From Myxococcales bacterium (GTDB taxonomy: Bacteria > Desulfobacterota > Binatia > UTPRO1 > JBBIJE01), in the NCBI GenBank assembly GCA_037446155.1, contig JBBIJE010000007.1, forward strand, positions 1,765 through 65,764: a stretch of DNA of 64,000 nucleotides. The letters are read 5' to 3'. A program made the translations under genes and the position numbers. Each line of letters starts with the position of its first letter. Position 1 is the first letter of the stretch. Positions 59,040-64,000 of this stretch are shown here, piece by piece. Under the pieces are notes generated by a model that was given only the letters and a program-made list of their open reading frames with translations, searched no databases and was not told where the DNA came from.

Positions 59040-60056
59040 TTGGGGAGCGCCCCCCGAAAGAATTGGCCCATGCCGAGAGACGGGTTCGGCCGAGAGATAA
59101 ATTATCTCAGGGTGTCGCTCACTAGTCAGTGCAACTTGAGATGCGTCTATTGCATGCCGCTGCGCGCCCTGCCGGATCCCCAGGAACAACGCCCACTCGA
59201 CCCTGCCGAGATCGAGTTGGTTGCCCGTGCGGCCGCCGGCGTCGGCTTCAAGAAGATACGACTGACGGGAGGCGAGCCCACACTGCGGCGCGACTTGGTC
59301 GAGATAGTCGAGCGGTTGGCGCGAATCGAGGGCATCTGCGACCTTTCCATGACGACCAATGGCGTTCTCCTTCCCGGGCTCGCACAGCCGCTCAAGCGGG
59401 CAGGCTTGAAGCGCGTCAACATTCATCTCGACACGACCAGCGAGCAAAGACTGCCGACGATCATGCGGTTCGGAACGCGGGAAAGAATTTGGGCTGGGAT
59501 AGAAGCGGCAGTTCAGGCGGGCTTGCTCCCGCTCAAGATCAACGCCGTGGTAGCCCGCGGCCTCAACGAAGAGGATACGGTCGAACTTGCGGCATTGACG
59601 ATCGGCCACCCCTGGCACGTGCGTTTCATCGAATTGATGCCACTCGGACAGGGTGCTTGCGCCGAGGTCGCCCGCCAGCGTTATCTTTCGAATGAGGAAA
59701 CCAGGGCGCGTATCGAGGCGGCCCTCGGTCCCATGACTGCACTGCCGCGCCGTGATCCTTCGAGCGACTCCTGCGACTTTCGGCTTTCGGGTGCGGCCGG
59801 AGTGGTGGGCTTCATAAGCCCTGTGAGCAAGCCCTTCTGCGATAGTTGCAACCGCATGCGCCTCACCTGCGATGGCCGCTTTCATCTCTGCCTTCTCAAT
59901 CGAGATGAAATCGATGCGAGAGCGGCTATCCGTGCCGGGGACCTTGCCGCTCTGCAGCGTCTCCTCGCGCAAGCCGTTCGGTCCAAGCCCACGGGGCATC
60001 GTCTGGCGACGGGCCGAACCAACGAAGAGCGCGAGATGTTCGAGCTCGGCGGCTGA
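59040..60056 (+). CDS. moaA: GTP 3',8-cyclase MoaA
   Basis: INYLRVSLTSQCNLRCVYCMP radical SAM motif, with C-terminal Cys cluster (CDSCNRMRLTCDGRFHLC). The start may be the internal MPRDGFG. Confidence 0.9.
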   Translation: MGSAPRKNWPMPRDGFGREINYLRVSLTSQCNLRCVYCMPLRALPDPQEQRPLDPAEIELVARAAAGVGFKKIRLTGGEPTLRRDLVEIVERLARIEGICDLSMTTNGVLLPGLAQPLKRAGLKRVNIHLDTTSEQRLPTIMRFGTRERIWAGIEAAVQAGLLPLKINAVVARGLNEEDTVELAALTIGHPWHVRFIELMPLGQGACAEVARQRYLSNEETRARIEAALGPMTALPRRDPSSDSCDFRLSGAAGVVGFISPVSKPFCDSCNRMRLTCDGRFHLCLLNRDEIDARAAIRAGDLAALQRLLAQAVRSKPTGHRLATGRTNEEREMFELGG

Positions 60057-60089
60057 ACGGCGCCGGCGCGCAACTCTCGCTCTCCGGCG

Positions 60090-61247
60090 TCACGCGCTTC
60101 CTCCTCGAATGGCTCGCAAGGATACCAAGTCGAAGAAGGCCCTCATCGTATCTCGCCGCGCGATGAGGAGAAAGACGGCCAGGATAACGTAGCCTGCGGC
60201 AAAGACGAAGCGAAGCTCGGAGCTCGTCGTCACCATTTGGGCAAGAAACAATCCACCCAAGATCGTGGCCTCGAACACCGAGAAGCGCAAATCGGCTATG
60301 ACGATCACGGCCAGCAACGACTGGGCCGCCGTCAAGAAAACCTCCTCGATCTGGCGACTGTCCAAGATCATGGGCTGCAAGCGACCTGCGGAAAGGGAAT
60401 ACGCAACCGGCAGGGCTCCGATCAGAAGCGTCCACTGGTTCACCTTGGAGGAAATCAAGGTGCCAATACCCGCGTTGGGCTTGCCGCGCAAGGCAAAGAG
60501 GATCGCTACGGCGAATTCTGGAGCTTCCGAGGCGAGTGGCGCCAGCCATTGGACCAGAACGAATTCTTCTATGCCAAGGTGTCTTCCGGTCTCCAAAAGC
60601 CCCTCGGCGAAAGGCTCGGCCGCCGCCAAAATGGCGCCGCCCGCCAGCAGAAAAAGCCCCACAGTGGCCGCCCGGCGCGCCGCCGGTGGAAGCCGCACGA
60701 TGAGTTCGGCAGGCCCGTGTATCTCTGGTAGGCAATGCTCGGCGCGAGCCGCTGCCACGAGATAGGCTCCGAAGAGGAGAAAAAGGATCGCGGCGTCGGC
60801 CAGGCTTATGGTTCCTTTGACCGGAATGGCGAAGGAATACGCTGTGGCGATGGCGAGAAAGCTTATCTCGGCCAGAAGTGGCCTGCCCAGTTCGAGCGAT
60901 CTCCTTCCGCTCTTCGCCCAGGCAGCATAAACCACGCTCGCCCAACCGACGCCGATGAGGAGGCGGTTGGCACCGGTCATATTGGCGGTCGCGTACTTGG
61001 TATAGCTCGGATCCTGACCGGCCTGCCATGCGAAATACAGATCCACGCTGTACTCCGGCAAAACCGCGATAAAGGCCAAAAACGCGAGCGCCAGAGCCTG
61101 CGGAACGTCCATCTCGGCGACCTCTGCCGACCAGGATAGAAGGAAAGCCGCTCCGAGGATAGAAAGACCCGCCGCGGTCGCAACGAACGTCGGCGCAAGC
61201 TCGGGGCCCAACGCACGCAGCACCACCCACTGCAGCGTAAGGACCAT
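60090..61247 (-). CDS. Ca2+:cation antiporter (CaCA/YrbG-like) family membrane protein
   Basis: Two alpha-repeat-like regions (AVLPEYSVDL; APLASEAPEFAVAILFALRGKPNAGIGTLISSKVNQWTLLIGALPV) in a ~10-TM protein. Confidence 0.55.
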   Translation of the reverse strand: MVLTLQWVVLRALGPELAPTFVATAAGLSILGAAFLLSWSAEVAEMDVPQALALAFLAFIAVLPEYSVDLYFAWQAGQDPSYTKYATANMTGANRLLIGVGWASVVYAAWAKSGRRSLELGRPLLAEISFLAIATAYSFAIPVKGTISLADAAILFLLFGAYLVAAARAEHCLPEIHGPAELIVRLPPAARRAATVGLFLLAGGAILAAAEPFAEGLLETGRHLGIEEFVLVQWLAPLASEAPEFAVAILFALRGKPNAGIGTLISSKVNQWTLLIGALPVAYSLSAGRLQPMILDSRQIEEVFLTAAQSLLAVIVIADLRFSVFEATILGGLFLAQMVTTSSELRFVFAAGYVILAVFLLIARRDTMRAFFDLVSLRAIRGGSA

Positions 61248-61269
61248 CGCCGCGGCGAGAGAAGCTACC

Positions 61270-61998
61270 TTACTGCCCACCGGGAATCGCCCCGTGATCC
61301 TCGCCGACGCTCTCTCCCCAGAGAAACTCCGCGAGCGCTCGGCTGGTGAAATCTCTGCACACAATGTCGGCGCCCGCCTCGACGAGCTCGGCCGCGCGAT
61401 GGGTGGTCGTGAGCGCGGCGCACGCCATGGCCGCCCGCTTGGCAGCGGTAACGCCCGATATGGAGTCCTCTATCACCAAACACCGCTCTTCCTTTACGCC
61501 GAGCTGTCGCGCCGCGGTGAGAAAAACCGCCGGGTGCGGTTTACCAAGCCCCACCTCTTCTGCCAGCACGATCGCGCCGAAAAACCCTCCGACCCCCAGC
61601 CTCTCCAGGATCAGCTCCACATTTTGACGACACGCGGATGTCGCCAAGCCGAGCGACAGACCACTCGCGCGGGCACGACTCAAGAAGCCCTCGAGGCCGC
61701 GGATCGGCTCGATGTGACCCGCCACCAAGGCACGAAAGATCTCCTCTTTGCGCGCCGCCATTTCGCGGATTCGTGCTTCGTCGCCGCGAAGACCCCAAAG
61801 ATTCACTATTCCCTCCTCGGTACGCCACCCGAATACCTTGCGCCGCAGTTCCTCCTCGCTCACTCGTCTTCCCAGCTCGCGACAGAATCTTCTCCAGGCG
61901 CGACGATGAAAAGGATTCGTATTCATGAGCACGCCGTCCATGTCAAACAACACCGCCCCAAAGGCGCAAGCGCGCGTGTCCCTCTTTTCCCTGCTCAT
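61270..61998 (-). CDS. HAD-superfamily hydrolase (subfamily IA, beta-phosphoglucomutase-like)
   Basis: Motif I FDMDGVLMNT, motif II LATSA, motif III/IV (K...IEDSISGVTAAKRA). Start at MSREKRD; the track ORF extends to 62319. Confidence 0.75.
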   Translation of the reverse strand: MSREKRDTRACAFGAVLFDMDGVLMNTNPFHRRAWRRFCRELGRRVSEEELRRKVFGWRTEEGIVNLWGLRGDEARIREMAARKEEIFRALVAGHIEPIRGLEGFLSRARASGLSLGLATSACRQNVELILERLGVGGFFGAIVLAEEVGLGKPHPAVFLTAARQLGVKEERCLVIEDSISGVTAAKRAAMACAALTTTHRAAELVEAGADIVCRDFTSRALAEFLWGESVGEDHGAIPGGQ

Positions 61999-62189
61999 CG
62001 CAAACGGCGGCCCCAGCACATTTTCAGGCAGCTCTATCGGAAAAGGTGGCGTGGAGCAACGAGCACCTGCGATTTGCGAGCGGCTCGGCCCACACCGCTT
62101 TATCCCTCTCGGCACGGCCTGCCACTTGACCGGCCCGCTTTCCCCCCTCGCTGGACACTGCCAGCCTCCTCCCGTTAGACTGCGCTCCC

Positions 62190-63200
62190 ATGGCTGGAAG
62201 GGATCGACTCGCCGTTGGCAAGCTGCCGCGTCCGTTGCTGGAGCGGCTGGTTCGCTACCGGGGTGCCGCCAGCAAAAAAGTCCTGCTAGGCCCCGCGATC
62301 GGGGAAGACGCTGCCGCACTCAAAACCCCAGCGGGCCACCTAGTGGTGGCCACAGATCCCGTAACCTTCACCGCGGCGCACGCGGGCTGGTATTGCGTGC
62401 ATATAAACGCCAACGACGTCGCCGTATGCGGGGCTAGGCCACTTTTTTTCCAGTCCTGCATCATCCTTCCCGCTCGCGCGCCCACCTGGGCGCCACTTGC
62501 GGCGGCACGGGAGATCCACCGCGCGGCCAGGCATCTCGGGGTCGCCGTCACCGGAGGCCACACTGAGGTCAGTCCCGTCGTTACTCAGCCCGTTATCGTG
62601 GGAACGATGCTTGGAGTCGCCAGGCGCCTCGTGCGTTCAGCGGGTGCAAGACCGAAACAACTTCTCGTGCAGGTGGGCTTCGCCGGGATCGAAGGATCCG
62701 CCATCCTGGCGCGACAGGCCCCGGCGCGCGTGCTCGCGAAACTCGAGAAAGCCGAACGGCGGTGGGTCGCAAAGAGCCTTGCCGCCCCTCCTATCTCGGT
62801 AGTCGACCAAGCGCTTGCGGCGACAAAACTAGGCGCCAGTGCCATGCACGATCCCACCGAGGGGGGGATAGCGGCGGGCGTCCACGAACTCGCCATGGCT
62901 TCGCACTGCGCCTTGGAGATAGATCTCGACCGCGTTCTCCAGAGGCCTGCGACCCTGGCGCTTTGCGACTATTTCGGGCTCGATCCCTTGACCCTGCTCA
63001 GTTCTGGGGCGCTGCTGGTCGCGATGCCCGAGTCCAAGGCGCGAAATTTCCTATCTTACGGAAAACGAAAGGGTTGGGCGGTCGCACTCATCGGGCGAGT
63101 GGGCCGCGGCCGTGGAATCAGGGCTACGAAGGCAGGGAAAAGGGTAACGCTCGCGTGGCCGAGCCGCGACGCAATTGCCGAGCTCGTCGAGGAGGAGTAA
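62190..63200 (+). CDS. AIR-synthase-related (PurM-like) protein
   Basis: PurM fold motifs (GEDAAAL, VATDPV, GGHTEVS, MHDPTEGG). It lacks the C-terminal PRIC motif of HypE. Confidence 0.65.
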   Translation: MAGRDRLAVGKLPRPLLERLVRYRGAASKKVLLGPAIGEDAAALKTPAGHLVVATDPVTFTAAHAGWYCVHINANDVAVCGARPLFFQSCIILPARAPTWAPLAAAREIHRAARHLGVAVTGGHTEVSPVVTQPVIVGTMLGVARRLVRSAGARPKQLLVQVGFAGIEGSAILARQAPARVLAKLEKAERRWVAKSLAAPPISVVDQALAATKLGASAMHDPTEGGIAAGVHELAMASHCALEIDLDRVLQRPATLALCDYFGLDPLTLLSSGALLVAMPESKARNFLSYGKRKGWAVALIGRVGRGRGIRATKAGKRVTLAWPSRDAIAELVEEE

Positions 63201-64000
63201 GCGAACCATCCGACCGAAAATTTGGATCCACGCGCAAGGTGCCACGTACCTCGAACACAGCCGCACCGGCGTGCTAGCCATCGTTTCCTTGCGCCCCACC
63301 GGCGGCGCGGTTCTCGTGCCGAAGCAAAGGCCCCTTTTGTCCCGATCTCAGGCGATCGCGTCGAGGAGCAGACCACGCACGAGGCGCACCGGGTAGTAGG
63401 CACTTTCTATCTGGCTGGCCGGAGCTAAGGGAAAGAGTCGTGGCTCGAGCCGCCACCGCGCATAATCGGCGAGCTCTCTGGGGCCCGGGACAGCTTGCGC
63501 CTGGGCCGGCGCCCGAAACACTGCTACGGGGAGATTTGCGACCTTCGGCCGGCTGCTGGGAAGAACCGGCATGGCCAGGCGCCTCAGGGCGGGGGTCAAA
63601 ACCGGCTGGACTCTAGCTTCGACTGCCTCAACCATGCCCGTCGCACTTGCGGCACCCAAGGAGCCGACATGCGGGGTGCTTTGCCCGATGTCATGTCGGC
63701 TGCAGCTCGCGTGCCAGCCAAACGATCGCCGCTACTAAGAAGCGGTCGGGGAACTCAGGCTCTGCGATTTCCAAGGTTTAGGGAGCCTGCGGCGTTCGAG
63801 CCATGGTCGCTCGCGGGGGGGCCTTGGCCAGGGATGTACGAGCCAGGTGCGCGGCCGCGGCGGGAAGGTGCGAAAAATGCTCGTTCCTTCAAGGAGTTAG
63901 AACAGGGCACGGGGCCGAACAGAACCGTGCACGAGCGTGCGCAATTTGACGCCTGAGCGCGTGGCGAAAAAACGCTTCAGGTCGCTTCGGACGAGCGCTC

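Noticed and set aside
62190-63200. HypE (hydrogenase maturation) identity for the AIR-synthase-related protein.
   Set aside because: It lacks the C-terminal PRIC Cys motif of HypE and has no hyp or hydrogenase neighbours, so I kept the generic PurM-like call.
1-64000. CRISPR arrays, tRNA, rRNA, transposases, integrases and prophage genes.
   Set aside because: I saw no evenly spaced direct repeats, no tRNA-like T-loop/acceptor patterns in the intergenic gaps I scanned, and no recombinase/transposase-like ORFs.
63201-64000. ORFs 63348..63659 (-) and 63495..63956 (+) in the last 800 bp.
   Set aside because: No recognisable motifs; composition resembles the antisense/GC artefact ORFs. Left uncalled.

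Overview
This is a high-GC (roughly 65-68% by eye) bacterial chromosomal window that is densely coding on both strands, consisting mostly of core housekeeping genes plus a few accessory-looking loci. The organism appears to be a diderm, because BamA, TamB and MlaEFD are all present. Reading left to right: (1) a minus-strand block ymdB-like / rny / 5-FTHF cyclo-ligase / [candidate 6S RNA] / zapA / zapB-like / ftsY / smc / HNH endonuclease; (2) a plus-strand block with the radical SAM TIGR03960-DUF2344 fusion, RNase G, 3-methyladenine glycosylase, a lipase-like hydrolase, an HIBADH-like dehydrogenase and a 1162-aa secreted beta-propeller + di-haem peroxidase-like protein carrying four copies of a Cys-rich repeat; (3) mobA, a YwiC-like membrane protein, a beta-barrel OMP, an MFS transporter, a small Cys-rich secreted protein and ispG; (4) a thioesterase/thiolase pair; (5) an outer-membrane biogenesis supercluster with tamB directly upstream of bamA and a divergent mlaEFD; (6) a small lower-GC islet of two HTH genes and a methyltransferase; (7) recJ-secF-secD-yajC-tgt-queA; (8) stomatin/NfeD/UDG; (9) an inositol-lipid cluster (ino1, a CDP-alcohol phosphatidyltransferase, a flippase-like protein) next to coaBC, a ferredoxin and a polyprenyl synthase; (10) moaA, a CaCA antiporter, a HAD hydrolase and an AIR-synthase-related protein. 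I found no rRNA, tRNA, CRISPR array, transposase or integrase. Many ORF-track entries carry spurious N-terminal extensions, because in-frame stops are rare at this GC and ATG/GTG/TTG all count as starts; likely true starts are noted where residue-level motifs support them.
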